Under the pieces are notes generated by a model, which did no database searches, was not told the origin of the DNA, and saw only the letters and a program-made list of their open reading frames with translations. From contig OX597819.1 of NCBI GenBank assembly GCA_951406725.2, positions 79,360,001 to 79,424,000 of the forward strand: a stretch of DNA of 64,000 nucleotides. Reading direction: 5' to 3'. Shown one piece after another: positions 1-13,539 of the stretch (the first letter of the stretch is position 1; each line of letters begins with the position of its first letter). Source of the stretch: Octopus vulgaris (lineage: Eukaryota). The position numbers and the translations under genes were made by a program.

Positions 1-1200
1 TCAGACACACACATCTACCTACACACACACAAACACACACTGACACACACCCATACATAGATACATCTACACACTCACGCCTACACACATACATACACAC
101 ATACATAAACACACACACATACACATACACACACATACGCACACACGCATATACTTATACACATGCACACACACACACATACATACACCCATATACATAC
201 ACACACACATACCTACATACTCCTATACGCACATACATACACACAGACATACACACATACACACTCACACAAACATACACACACACATACTTACACACAC
301 ACTCACCTGCACGCGCACACACATGCATGACAAACACTCATACACTCACACTCACATACGCACACACCAACATAAACACGCACACGCACACACACACCTA
401 CACTCCCACACACATACACACGCACCTACATACACACACGCACGCATACACACGCATACACACATACATTACACACGTACACACACACCTACATACACAT
501 GCACACACACACACACACAAACATGCACGGACACACCCAGACATACATACATACACCTATATACACACGCCTACACACCTACATACACACACATATACAC
601 ACGCCCACACAGCTACATACACACACATACATACACACATACACGGACACACCCATACATACTTACATACATACACCTATACACACACGCCTACACACCT
701 ACACACACACATGCACACACATACACATGTACGCACATACACACACATATACGCACACACATATATACCCACACACATGCACACACACACACATACGCAC
801 ATACATGCACGCATGCACACGCGCACACCTACACGCATACACACACACACACTCACGTACACATACATACATACACACACGCATACATACACCCATACAC
901 ATACATGCATCCTACACACACATACATACACACTCACACATACATACACACACACGCACTCACTCACACACCTGCATGTTCGCGCACACACATGCACATA
1001 CACACACTTCCCCACACCCACACGTACATACATACACACTCATACACACATACACACACACACACACACACGGACATACATCTATGCACACACATATATA
1101 CACACATACTCACATACATTCATCGGACACACTGCCACCCAGACATACACACAGACACACTCACACATCTACACGCACACATACGTACGCGCACACTCGC
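1..1200. repeat. Degenerate CA/CATA/CACG-rich low-complexity array
   Basis: Continuous imperfect (CA)n/(CATA)n with recurring longer words such as ACACACGCCTACACACCTAC; all long His/Thr/Tyr ORFs here are repeat translations. Confidence 0.9.
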
Positions 1201-1859
1201 AGGCTCGCGCACACACGCGTTTGCGCCGGTTCGCGCACGCATGCGCCCGCATGCACCTCGCCCTTGGACCCGACGAGACCTCCCGCCCGTTCCTGGGATG
1301 TCGCTTGTCGTTGGGTTTTCCCACGCCCGTCTCCGCGGGACCACTCTTCCATCTTCCCCTCCGCTGGAGTCCTTTTCCTAAACCCCCCCCCCCTTTTTTT
1401 CGTTACACACACGCGCACACATATACACACATTGCTTAAACATATACATCACTCTTACACACATTCAATCTACTCGCCACTAATACTACCACGACACTGG
1501 ACACACACACACACTACTACTCAACACACGCTGGCACGCTACATACGCCCCCACCCCTTCCCCTCCCTCCCTTCCTCCTTCCTCCCTTTTCTCACTACTG
1601 ACCTTTGTCTGCTATGCTGCTGCTATGCTGACCACCGTCTCGCCCTACCTCACACGCCTACCCACAGACGCACACACTAACACATACATATATTTTTTGT
1701 TTTTTTACCTCGCCTCACACACACACATACACACACGCACACGCACACACTCACACATACACACACATCTGTTGCGTTACCAACCTTGTCTCCACTCTTT
1801 TGCCTTTAAAAACCCACTTTGCTCTTGTTATCGTAAACATCCGCCTTTCACCATGTGCT

Positions 1860-2040
1860 ACTGCTAACACCAGCCGTTTTTTTCTCTATCTCCGTTGCCC
1901 GCTCCGGGATCTTTCTTTCCTCTCTCTTCCTTCTTTATGTTTCCGACGAAGAGCTCCGCTCGAAACGTCATACCTCCCTGCTTCCATTTCCTGAGCGCCT
2001 ATTAATAATAATACTGTAATTGTTCCCTTGTTGTTGTTTT
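1860..2040 (+). mobile_element. Penelope-like terminal repeat fragment with hammerhead-like motif (family A)
   Basis: CCGACGA-A-GAGC-TCC-GCTC-GAAACGT at 1943-1968; clearly homologous to the minus-strand copy at 51700-51866. Core has a U4C change, so probably inactive. Confidence 0.6.
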
Positions 2041-2059
2041 TTTGTTTCCCGTTTGGATT

Positions 2060-2084
<25 letters not shown>

Positions 2085-2101
<17 letters not shown>

Positions 2102-2277
2102 GTTTGCGCGTCTGTGTTTGTCCCCCCAACATCGTTTGACAACCGATGCTGGTGGTTACGTCCCCGTCATTTAGTGGTTCGGCAAGAGAGACCGATAGAA
2201 TAAGTACTAGGCTTACAAAGAATAAGTCCTGGGATTGATTTGGTCGACTAAAGGCAGTGCTCCAGCATGGCCGCAGA
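2085..2277 (+). mobile_element. SINE family A, 3' half
   Basis: TTGACAACCGATGCTGG...GATAGAATAAGTACTAGGCTTACAAAGAATAAGTCC...CTCCAGCATGGCCGCAG matches the copies at 48958 and 50132. Confidence 0.85.
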
Positions 2278-2835
2278 ACATATGCATTAGCATTTACATC
2301 CTCTGTTAAACGTGCGCTCATGCAAATCTGCATACTTTTCTGAATCTGGTAAATTCTTATATACCTACTCATATACAAAGACATCTTTAAATATCGAACA
2401 GTATCACAAACAGTAACTCATACAAACATACACATGAAAATCTGTTGTTACGGATACTGCTACGTGCGCGCTCCTTCCCACGCACACACATACAAACACA
2501 CATATACACACGCTGCGCACACAGATACACGCTCTGTCTGTCCCTCTCTCACTCACTCTGTCTGTCCCACTGTCGCTCTCACACGCACTCAATATCTGAG
2601 TAATTCATGAGAGCGAGGTCTCATCAGAGAGCAGCTAATATAAATCTTTGTATGAAATACTTTTAAGGGCCGCTCCTTTTCACTTACAGCATGCTGCGAA
2701 AACTCATTTATTCCCGAAAATCATGTCAGATTTTTCTGGTGATGGTGGGACATCGCCCCTTTCAACCTCTACGAATGTGTTTTATTTGTTTCAGTGCTTT
2801 TTGAGGAAGAGATATTATCATTATCATCATCATCA

Positions 2836-2879
<44 letters not shown>

Positions 2880-2882
<3 letters not shown>

Positions 2883-3254
2883 TAGTTTTATTTTTATAGC
2901 GTGCTTTCACTTCACTACCAAGCGCAGCTCTGTGTGCCTTGGGTATGTGCTGTGATTTGTTGTGATGCTCTGATGGTTACTGTATTGAACGTGTTCTGCG
3001 TAGGATGTGTGCAGTGCCTAGTAGTGCGATTTTCTGTACGTTATATGTGTTTGTAAGGCCTGGTGTTTTTGTTATGTATTTGTCTGAATATTTTTTTATC
3101 ATGCCTAATGCACCTACTATAATAGGGATTGTTTCCGTTTTTAGACGCCACATTCGAATTATCTCTATTTCCAGGTCTTTGTAATTTGAAAGTTTCTCCA
3201 TTTCTTTTTGAGACACGTTGTCATCTGCTGGTATTGATACATCCTTTAGTAGTG

Positions 3255-3256
<2 letters not shown>
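2880..3256 (-). mobile_element. 5'-truncated R4/Dong-like non-LTR retrotransposon (C-terminal restriction-like endonuclease domain plus 3' UTR)
   Basis: Minus-strand translation LLKDVSIPADDNVSQKEMEKLSNYKDLEIEIIRMW...IPIIVGALG...VQKIALLGTAHILRR fits the RLE C-terminus of R4/Dong elements; flanked on both sides by (TAT)n. Confidence 0.85.
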
Positions 3257-3325
<69 letters not shown>

Positions 3326-3391
3326 CATTATTATTATTACTGTGAATTCTACTATTATCGGTTTTCAACATATAATAACAACAACAACAAC

Positions 3392-3618
3392 AATCTTTTC
3401 TACTATAGGCACAATAGCCTGAAATTTGAGGGCAGGTGACTAGTTGATTACATCGACATCGGCACCTGACTGACACTTATTTCATCGACTCCAAAAGGAT
3501 GAACAGCAAAGTCGACTTCGGCGGAAATTGAACTCGGAACGTAGCGATAGGCGAAATACTGTTAAGCATTTCACTTGACGTGCTAACCATTCTGTCAGCT
3601 TCTGTCAGCTCCTTGCCT
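3392..3618 (-). mobile_element. SINE family B copy
   Basis: Reverse complement contains TTCCGAGTTCAATTTCCGCCGAAGTCGACTTTGC...CATCCTTTTGGAGTCGAT, as in the plus-strand copies at 12747 and 43582. Confidence 0.8.
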
Positions 3619-3620
3619 TG

Positions 3621-3660
<40 letters not shown>

Positions 3661-3699
3661 TGATGATGATGGGGAAGATGAAATACCGGGCTGGTCGAC

Positions 3700-4191
3700 A
3701 AAAGGAGTTGGTTCATTCGACTAAAAATTGAAGTTGACACCACAGCATGATGCAGTCTAATGACTGGAATGAGTAAAAGATAAAAGATATAGTTGTGTGG
3801 TAAGTAGCTTGCTTACCAACCATATGGTTCCGGGTTCAGCCCCACTGCGTGGCACCTTGGGCAAGTGTCTTCTACTATAACCTCGGGCCGACCAAAGCCT
3901 TGTGAGTAGATTTGGTAGACGGAAACTGAAGGAAGCCCGTCGTATATATGTATATATATGTATGTGTGTGTGTGTGTGTTTGTGTGTCTGTGTTTGACCC
4001 CCAACATCGCTTGACAACCGATGGTGGTCCCCGTAATTTACGGTTACGTCCCCGTAACTTAGCGGTTAGGCAAAAGAAACCGATAGAATAAGTACTAGGC
4101 TTACAAAGAATAAGTCCCGTGGTCGATTTTCTCGACTAAAGGCGGTGCTCCAGCATGGCCGCATTAAAATGACTGAAACAAGTAAAAGAGT
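3700..4191 (+). mobile_element. SINE family A: tail fragment followed by a near full-length copy
   Basis: Head TGTGTGGTAAGTAGCTTGCTTACCAACCATATGGTTCCGGGTTCAG (tRNA-like A/B boxes), internal (TA)/(TG) microsatellite, tail GACTGAAACAAGTAAAAGAG. Confidence 0.88.
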
Positions 4192-5339
4192 ATATTAAAC
4201 ACATTCCTGGAAGCTGGTTCGTAAATATTAATGATTTGTAGGGACGCGGTATTTTGTTATGCAACAATAATAAGTTTGGTGGAGTTTGAACTCACAACGT
4301 ATAAATGAACGAAATGCCACTATGCATTTTGCTGTGTTTGCTAGCGGTTCTGCCGCCTAAGCAATGATTAATACTAATAATAAACAGTGTTAACAATTGT
4401 AAAAATAAAATATAAGTTAATACACATGCACACAGACACACGCACGTACACGCACATACATGTACACATACATGTACACATACATGTACACATACACGCA
4501 ACTATATCTACTATAAGGACGACAGCAACATCAACAACATCATTAAGAACAGCAATAGGAACAAAATATAATGAGTAAGCATAGTATGGATATTAGCAAC
4601 AAATATAGAAATACTGTGTGTGCAATACAAAATATATAATAATAACAACAACTATAAGACTAACAACGAAATAAAGCCATGATGTCAACAACAACAATAT
4701 CCTCATCATTGACGATGCTGCAACAAACAAAATCACAATACTGCCAACGGTGCAAACAAGAGAAACAACGGCAATAAAATATAAACAAAATGGCGGCGAA
4801 AATGAAATATTCTTATTTTCTTTCGATTAATTTAACCTGGTATAAAATGACATAACTGTTCAGCAGCTCATATGTCACGTGTCCATGGAGCTTTCTGGAA
4901 TATACTCCCTTATTTCACGTCATACAATTATATACATGTAATTTCATAAAGACACACATAAACACGCACAAGTACGTGTATATGTATGTATATGTGTGTA
5001 TAGATATTTACATATGTGTACATATATATATGCATACATTCATATTTGAATATGCATCTATATGTATTTATGTATGTATATTTATATGCGATAGGACCCT
5101 GCATACATTTAGAACTATATAAGTATATCCATACTGGAATATACATGAATATATGCACACATAAAAGCTCTTATTCTCTCTCTCTCTCTCTCTCCCTCCC
5201 ATTCTCTGTTATTCTTATTTTCATTCCCATTCCCGCACAAAGAAGGGTACACAAAAATATACACAAAACAACATTTCCAATACATGTATCAAAACACATT
5301 ATCAAATACATTCATACACAAATATATATTCACATTAAG

Positions 5340-5397
<58 letters not shown>

Positions 5398-5681
5398 ACA
5401 CACACACATATATATATATACCCACCTATAGGTATATATAAATATACTGATGTATTAGGAATCACACCATTTAGTAATACATTCTTTCTAATGCACATCA
5501 ACTGTCTGTAATTCACGTGTTGTAAGCTATCAAGTCTGATTCTGTGATAATGGTAAGGCAATGGAAAACAATTGGTTCTGAACCGTATAAATTACTGCTC
5601 ACAAATCTGGTTCCACTGGACAAGTGCATTCGTGAATAATGCAAAAATATCCTATATTAATATTTCTGTATAGAGTAAGGC

Positions 5682-5850
5682 TGTGAGTTAGCTGAATCGT
5701 CAGCACGCAGAGCTATATACTGCACAGTTTTTTGTCCGTGTTCATGTCTGAGTTCGAATTTAGCCCAAGTCGACTTTACTTTTCATCATTTCGGTGTCGA
5801 CAAAATGTGGAACACTTGTCCCCCCCACCATTGTGCGAAAATTTAAAACC
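5682..5850 (+). mobile_element. SINE family B, degenerate
   Basis: GAATCGTCAGCACG...TCTGAGTTCGAATT...GTCGACTTTACTTTTCATC similar to other family B copies. Confidence 0.65.
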
Positions 5851-6099
5851 TAAATTTTAGTAAGGAGCAATACAAGAAAATCCTTCGCTTACAGTATTTT
5901 TTTTCATCATGCCTCAATGAGAAGACTAAAGGCAAAGATCCAAGAAATTTTCCTTCAGTGACCTCCGAGAATGATATATAAAAGTGCATGGGAAAACTAC
6001 TCTAATATGACATAAATCCTTCACGATGGGATTAAACAGATTGGACAAAACAGAGGTACAAAAGTGGGGTCAAATTAGACGATGGTGTAAGTTCAACAC

Positions 6100-6530
6100 A
6101 AAAAAGACACGATCCGGTCAACAGGAATTCGCTAATTTTCTATTCACCCAGCTTTATTTAAATTGCTTGGACCGACTTAAAGCTATCGTAGACTATACAT
6201 ATCTAAGGTAGCGCAGTGGGATCAAATCCTAGCATAATTGAATGCTCTAGTGGTGCTCGAATATAGTTACATCTATTTCATGAAAATATCTCAAAATTTT
6301 CGGCAGAACATTGAAAAGCTTGTGGACCAGTAGACCCTATTCTATTGTTGCATCGAGTATTAAATCTAGATGGGCAGAGTAAGATCTTCATATAGATAAC
6401 TATATCGATTGCTTCATTTCTCTTAACTGTAGTTAGGCTTCGATACGAAGGTTTCAAGGAAACCAGTATTAATACATTACCTGAATACGATGATATTACC
6501 TGCTAACGTGCGAACAGCCTCAACCGACAA
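6100..6530 (+). mobile_element. Highly decayed LINE (RTE-like) reverse transcriptase remnant
   Basis: Fragments in shifting frames: QLYLNCLDRLKAIVD, DQILA, DGQSKIF, EYDDIT resemble successive RT motifs up to YADD; many stops. Confidence 0.4.
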
Positions 6531-8409
6531 GATTATTATTTAGTACATATTTAAATGACTTTATGAAGTGCGATCTACCCAAAATAAAAATCCCTTTAAA
6601 AGTTATTAAATCTTGAACGTATATTTTAAGCTTTTTGTATTTTATGGAATAAATCGTATATTCTATTGAAATGGAATAGAATGTCTACTCTTTACAATGT
6701 ATTACATATTCTGTACAATATATATCGTATACCCTATATACTATATTGTGTACGTTCTACAGAATAAATAAATGCAGCGAAGAGACAGAACCGTTAGAAC
6801 GTTGAACTAAATTTTCCACGGTATTTATTCCAACTCTACGCGCTGAGTTCAAAACAATCCGACATTGATCTTGCTCTTCATTTTTTCGAACTCGATAAAA
6901 CAAGTACCAGTTGATGGCAGTGGATTAGTGGAACCATTTAAAGTGTCGGGGTGATACCTTGCGATATTTGTTCCTCCCCTTTAATTTCTAAATGCAACAC
7001 TTGAAATATTACTGATATCAAACTATATCGGTCTTTAGATATATCTGTTACATTCTACAGAATAATTTGTTCACATTTCTAATGACACCAGTACTAAAAA
7101 TATCTTACAATGTTAAATAAAGTATTTTGCTTTGGGACGGTCATACTGCCAGAAAGCAAACACACACACACACACTGGTTAAGGTTTGACCTTCGGTTTT
7201 CTTACAATTTCATTTGATAATTGACCAATTGATCAATTGGTTAAGCGATTTATCTGTCAAAGTCCTTTCTTCACAGCCTATGACTTTATCAATAACTATG
7301 TACCTCTCAATCATTTCTTTTTCCTCAGCGTTTATTTCATGTTTCCTGTTTATCTCAGGAGTTTTGTGAGATATAAATATTTAGTTTGTGATTTTAAAAA
7401 TTTTGCAACAAAGCCATGCATTTGTAATCTCCTTTAAAAAATTTTATGCAATCCTTTCTTCCTAAAATAGTATAACCCTGAAATTCTTCATCCATGTTTT
7501 GCCATACAGAATTTAATCTGTAGAAGTTCAAAGATGACGATTGGATGCACAAAGGATGTTACCAGTACTTATTTTACTTTGAGTAGGAAAGACAACACCC
7601 CCTTTCTTTTTCTACCATTATCGCTCGACAAATGATGACCGTTAATAACAAGTGAATCAAATTCTTCCTTTATTAACAATTTGGTCCTTTCACCTGAAAA
7701 TGATAAAATTGCTGTCAGATTTGGATCTCCTTCAGATACAGGCCTATTCAATCAAAGTTGATCTGGTGTTGAGCAACAGCTAAAAACCGAATCTTGAAAG
7801 ACTGGTGAGGGCCTGCTTCGACATGTACAAAATATTGTATTTAATAGTATTCTTGTCTCTCATTCAGTTCGGAAATACCAACATTATTTCTTTTGTCTTA
7901 CGAGTGTCTTTCTCCGTAATACCGAAAACCCTTTCCTGAGTGCGGTAATTTTCCTTTTTTTTTTTTTTATCAATACACAAACTACGTATAATGATGAATA
8001 TATAATACGCTACGTGTATATATACTATTTTTGCGAGTAACATTTAACCATTTGAAGCTGTTGAATTTGTCCGAATTTATATGATTTACTTTCGAAATCA
8101 TTCGACACGAGTTCTAAATTATTCGACACGGGATGGAGTCGTTCGGTTTATTTTTAGTATTCGAAAGTTTGCTTTACCTTCTTCTTTGACTGATAATGCT
8201 TAATCGATATTTTTATGTTCATAAATTCTAATAATCAAATTAATATAAGGTACATATTAAGAGAAGTAATAAAACCTGTATAATACTTGGGGAGAATTAA
8301 AAAAATATTTTCCCTGTTATTTTATTTACATCCTCATACACTGATTAGCAACTTACATCATGAGCATTATTCAATAATGCCCCCAGCTGCAGTAGTATTA
8401 GTTGTAGTA

Positions 8410-9390
8410 GTCCTTTCTGCTATAGGCACAAGACCTGAAATCGTGGAGGACCGGATTAGTCGACCCCAAACAACAACAGCAATAATAATCCTTTCTACTA
8501 AAGGCACAAAGCCTGAAGTGTTAGGGAAAGGAACAAGTCAATTACATCGACCCAATATTTCACTGCTACTTAATTTATCGACCCCCGAAAGGATGAATGG
8601 CAAAATCGACCTCGGCAGAATTTGAACTCAGAACGTAGCAACGGACGTACTAATGATTCTACCAGTACACCGCCTTAATAATAATTATTATTTCAAATTT
8701 TTGTCACAAGGGCAGCTTGAGGTAGGTGGGGATGAGTCAATTACATCGATCACAGTTCCACTGGTAATTATTTTAACGACTCCGAAAGGATGAAAGGCAG
8801 TCAACTTCGGTGGAATTTGAACTCAGAATGTAGCGACGAGCGAAATACCTATTTTTATTTCTTTACTACCCACAAGGGGCTAAACACAGATGGGACAAAC
8901 AAGGAAAGACAAACGGATTAAGTTGATAATATCGACCCCAGTACGTAACTGGTACTTATTTAATCGACCCCGAAAGGATGAAAGGCAAAGTCGACCTCAG
9001 AACGTAGCGGCAGACGAAATGCCGCTAAGCATTTTGCCTGGCGTGCTAATTATTCTACCAGCTCACCACCTTAATAATAATAATAATAATGATACTTTCT
9101 ACTATAGGCACGGGACCTGAAATTTATGGGGTAGGGGACTAGGCGATTACATCGTGTTCGACTTTGCCTTTCATCCTTCGGGATCGATAAATTAAGTACC
9201 AGTAAAACACCGGGGTCGATGTAATCAACTAGACACCTCCCCTCCAAATTTGAGGCCTTGTTCCTTAAGTAGAAAGGATTATTAATATGAAGGGAGTGAG
9301 CTGGTACAATCGTTAGCACGATGGGCAAACTGCTTAGCGGTTCTGAGTTCAAATTCCGCCGATGTCAACTTTGCCTTTCATCCTTTCGGT
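8410..9390. mobile_element. Cluster of about 6-7 SINE family B fragments in both orientations
   Basis: Repeated GAAAGGATGAAAGGCAAAGTCGACCTC / GAATTTGAACTCAGAACGTAGC (minus, 8410-9150) and GACTTTGCCTTTCATCCTT (plus, 9155-9390). Confidence 0.85.
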
Positions 9391-10439
9391 AGAAAAACAA
9401 AAAGGCGGGATGATCATAGTTGGAACATTTTTGATTAAGAGTTTATTCAAGATCGTCTGAGCAAGGGTGTAAATATTGTTAATGCCACAATTAATAAATA
9501 AATATCTTGACACCACTTTCGCAACAACACTACCACCGCAACATAGTGTAACCTCCACACTCACATGAGCAATACAACTAGTACCAATACCAACATCACA
9601 TCCTACAGCACTACTCCTGCCATTCTCACTGCTACTACTACTACTACCACCACCAACAACAACAACAACAGCAACAACACTACTGTCGCCGCCGCCACCT
9701 TCGCCACCGCTATCACTACAACTACTACTACTACTAGCACTGCAGCTGCTGCCACAAATGATTATGATGATGATGATGATGTTCATAACGGTGATGATGA
9801 TGACGACGATGGTGATGACGATGTTACAATTCTCACCGTTCTAATCGCTGCCAGCGCTGCCATCAGCAGCATTATCACAGCACCTTTAAACTTCATTCCG
9901 ACCGAACACGATGGTGACGACGGTGGGGCAACTGGGCCAACCCCATAACCCTATCACTATATCACCCCCCCACCACAACCATCATCACCTCAACCGTTAC
10001 CTTTTCAAATACTACCTCGCCCGCCTCCTCACTACCATAACCGGGACACCTATGTCTTCATTAAAACAAAAGTCGATGACACGAGCACCAGTCCCCGCCG
10101 CCGCCGTCATCGCCATCAACTCCACTAACACCACACCCAACACCACCACCACCACCACCACCACCGCTGCCATCGTCACCGCCTTATAAAAGAAAAAATA
10201 TAGAAGTTTGAAAAATGTCACAATAAAACTCAATACAGACGAAATTTTCTTGGAACAAAAAATATAAATAAGTACGAAAATATAGTTTAAATTCATACAC
10301 AAGAAAATAGACAAAAAAAAAAAAACAATCAAGCAACCAAAATAAAAGCAAGACATATACGCATATGTACACGTTCACTTGTATTATATATACATGCGCG
10401 TGTGTGTGTTTGTGTTTGAGTGTGTGTTGTGTGAATGTG

Positions 10440-10451
10440 TCTGAATGTGTG

Positions 10452-10484
<33 letters not shown>

Positions 10485-10725
10485 ATGTATATATATGTAA
10501 GTATGTGTATGTATGTATGTATGTATGTATGTATATATATATGTATGTATGTATGCATGTATGTATGTATATGTATGTATGTATGTATGTATACATGCAT
10601 GTATGTATGTATATGTATGTATGTATGTATGTATGTATGCATGCATGTATGTATGTATGTATGTATATATATGTATGTATATGTATGTATGTATGTATGC
10701 ATGTATATATATGTATGTATGTATG

Positions 10726-10757
<32 letters not shown>

Positions 10758-10787
10758 TGTATGTATGTATGCATGCATGTATGTATA
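10440..10787. repeat. (TATG)n compound microsatellite
   Basis: Direct reading of the sequence. Confidence 0.95.
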
Positions 10788-11184
10788 TTCCATCTAATTG
10801 GTTTCGTAGGAGCTAATTAACAAAAATACTGATAATTAGATGATTTTCAAAGATTCTCGTACCGATTATTGCTTTATTTATCTTTATTCGTACTTGCATA
10901 TAAGCTCTTACACACGCACACACATACACAAGCATATATATATACACACATATGCATACACATATATATATATACGTACACCCGCGCACACACATACATA
11001 TGCATACATATAAGTATACACACACACACACTGCTACATATATACTCACACACACAGAAGTACAAGCATACTGTTCAGTAGCAACCATAGATAAATAGAA
11101 TACATAAATGAGGTACCAGTCGCTGACCTCTTTTCCAACAATTATCTATCGAACAAGACTGCGTTTATCGTTTCGATTCTTGGC

Positions 11185-11578
<394 letters not shown>

Positions 11579-11599
11579 CCTACGTATATATATGTATAT

Positions 11600-12290
11600 G
11601 AATTCATAAGTATTTTTATATTCGTTTGAGAAAACTCCAAATATATATATTTTTTCAATAGTGGATCTCATATAGAATTATAAATATCATATAAATATTG
11701 GGTTATAAACGCTGTTTTCGACAGAAAAAGTTGAAAATACATTTCCTGTAGCAGTTATGACATTTAGACATTTATTCTACAAAGTAATACTTCAGTTTTC
11801 TCAATCCATTTCAGAAATTTCATTTTTATCACCAAGAATTATGTTGGCGTTATTAGAATTTTTATGAAATTCCGAGAGATAGAGAGAGTGAAATATTTTT
11901 TTTTTGAAAAGTGGATCTCGAAGCTCATAGAATTATAGATAACAGCATGTAAATATTGGTTTAAAATACTTTTTTCGACAGAAAAAATATAAGGCTGCCC
12001 TTGGAACTCGAACCCACATTTGCTCTAGACAAGCATTCTACAAAATTATACTTCAAGTTTCTTTATCTATTTCAGATATTTTTATTACCAATAATTATCT
12101 TGTTGGTGTCATTTGAGCTTTTATAAAATTTCGAGAAAGTTGAAATAATTCATTTTTGGAATAGTGGATCTCGATGCGCATAAAATTCTAAATAATAACA
12201 AATAAATATCCGGTTAAAAATCCCTTTTGGAAGGAAGGAATAAGTCGAATGCTTCCCTTAGGATTCGAACCCACATCTCCAGTAAAGACG
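11600..12290. repeat. Diverged ~250-bp tandem repeat, about 3 units
   Basis: Anchor AGTGGATCTC recurs at 11660, 11910 and 12163 with similar downstream TAAATAT...TTTT(C)GACAGAAAAA. Confidence 0.8.
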
Positions 12291-12746
12291 ACAGTATTTC
12301 ACTCAAATATTTACATGCAATTATTTATAGCTTTATAAAACTATATGGCATAAATAAATTTGAATATATTGACAATTCTGATTTCTAAAATTCATTAAAA
12401 ATTTATTAAACATGATTCATGCAAAAAAGTCAATTAAAGTAAAGCATATTAAATTTAATAAGAAAAACATGCAAAAATGTTTTGGCAAGTATTTATAAAT
12501 GTAATATTATATTATGTAATCATTTCCCGACGAGTTAATATGAATTAAAAATGCAGACCAATTTATTTTTAGTGGTACAATATTGTGGGCATGTACATAT
12601 AATCTTAATATCTGCTGGTGAAGAAGAGGTACAATGTAGTGGTATTATGGTTCTGTTACAAGAGGTTATACCACCTGATAACATTGAATTTAGAATACAA
12701 ATAAACATGTGCGTTTTCTGGGTTAAATGGAGAAACGCCTACGAAT

Positions 12747-12960
12747 GCGGCGCGCTGGCAGAATCGTTAGCACGCCGGAGGAACTGCTAAGTGGTAATTC
12801 GTCTACCGTTACGTTCTGAGTTCAAATTCCGCCGAGGTCAACTTTGCTTTTCATTCTTTTGGGGTCGATTAAATAACTACCAGTTACGCCGTGGGGTCGA
12901 TGTAATCAGCTCAATTTCTTTGTCTGTCCCCTCAGTGTTTAGCTCTCTGTGGGTAATAAA
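12747..12960 (+). mobile_element. SINE family B, near full length
   Basis: GCTGGCAGAATCGTTAGCACGCCGG...TTCTGAGTTCAAATTCCGCCGAGGTCAACTTTGC...GGGGTCGAT. Confidence 0.88.
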
Positions 12961-13539
12961 TAAATAATAATTATAAGCTTAAAACTTATAAGCGATCACT
13001 GAGTATTGGACATATAAGCCCTCGACACCCACTCTTTTCTGTCAGGGGCTTCTATGCCTCAATATTAGAATATTTTGTTTAACCAATACATGGTGGTCGC
13101 TTATAAATTTAAGCTTATAACAATAATTATTATTGAATTTAGTGTTTCAAGCCTTCTTTCGCCCTTCGATGAGAGACAGCATGTCAGTCCATCATTCGTA
13201 GGTGTATGTATGTATATATGTATGTGTAAACACACACACATATACAGATGAGATCCAGGGATGCTCAATGTAGAAAACACCACTTAGTAGCGCTCAAATG
13301 ATTTGAACTTTTTTTTAAACTCCGAAATTTTCACCAAGGACTAAGTCCTATAAGAGGAATCAAAGTGAACAGTTATAGAGGCAATGATGCAAATAAACAA
13401 ATAAACCTGTAAATAGAGAGAAGCAAAGACCGAAAATATTCAGAGGATGAATATTCATGCATAAATATATATATATTTGTATATTAACTGAACAGATTTA
13501 TACACAGTGCAAAGATACAAAAAACACTAAGGTGAGAAG

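Noticed and set aside
323-1680. Long ORFs of 352-393 aa (His/Thr/Tyr-rich)
   Set aside because: They are open in all three frames because CA/CATA repeats lack stop codons; there is no protein-like complexity. The same applies to the YI/CV/MY, poly-N/D and poly-L ORFs across the window.
2595-2630. Minus-strand CTGATGAGAC...CTCATGAATT
   Set aside because: No GAAA adjacent to stem II and no cleavage triplet geometry.
7230-7830. Purine-rich minus strand with coding-like fragments (KKGGVVFPTQS)
   Set aside because: Multiple stops in all frames and no recognisable domain; possibly an old DNA transposon but unsupported.
8410-9390. CRISPR-like repeated motifs
   Set aside because: Irregular spacing and mixed orientation; they are fragments of SINE family B in a eukaryotic genome.
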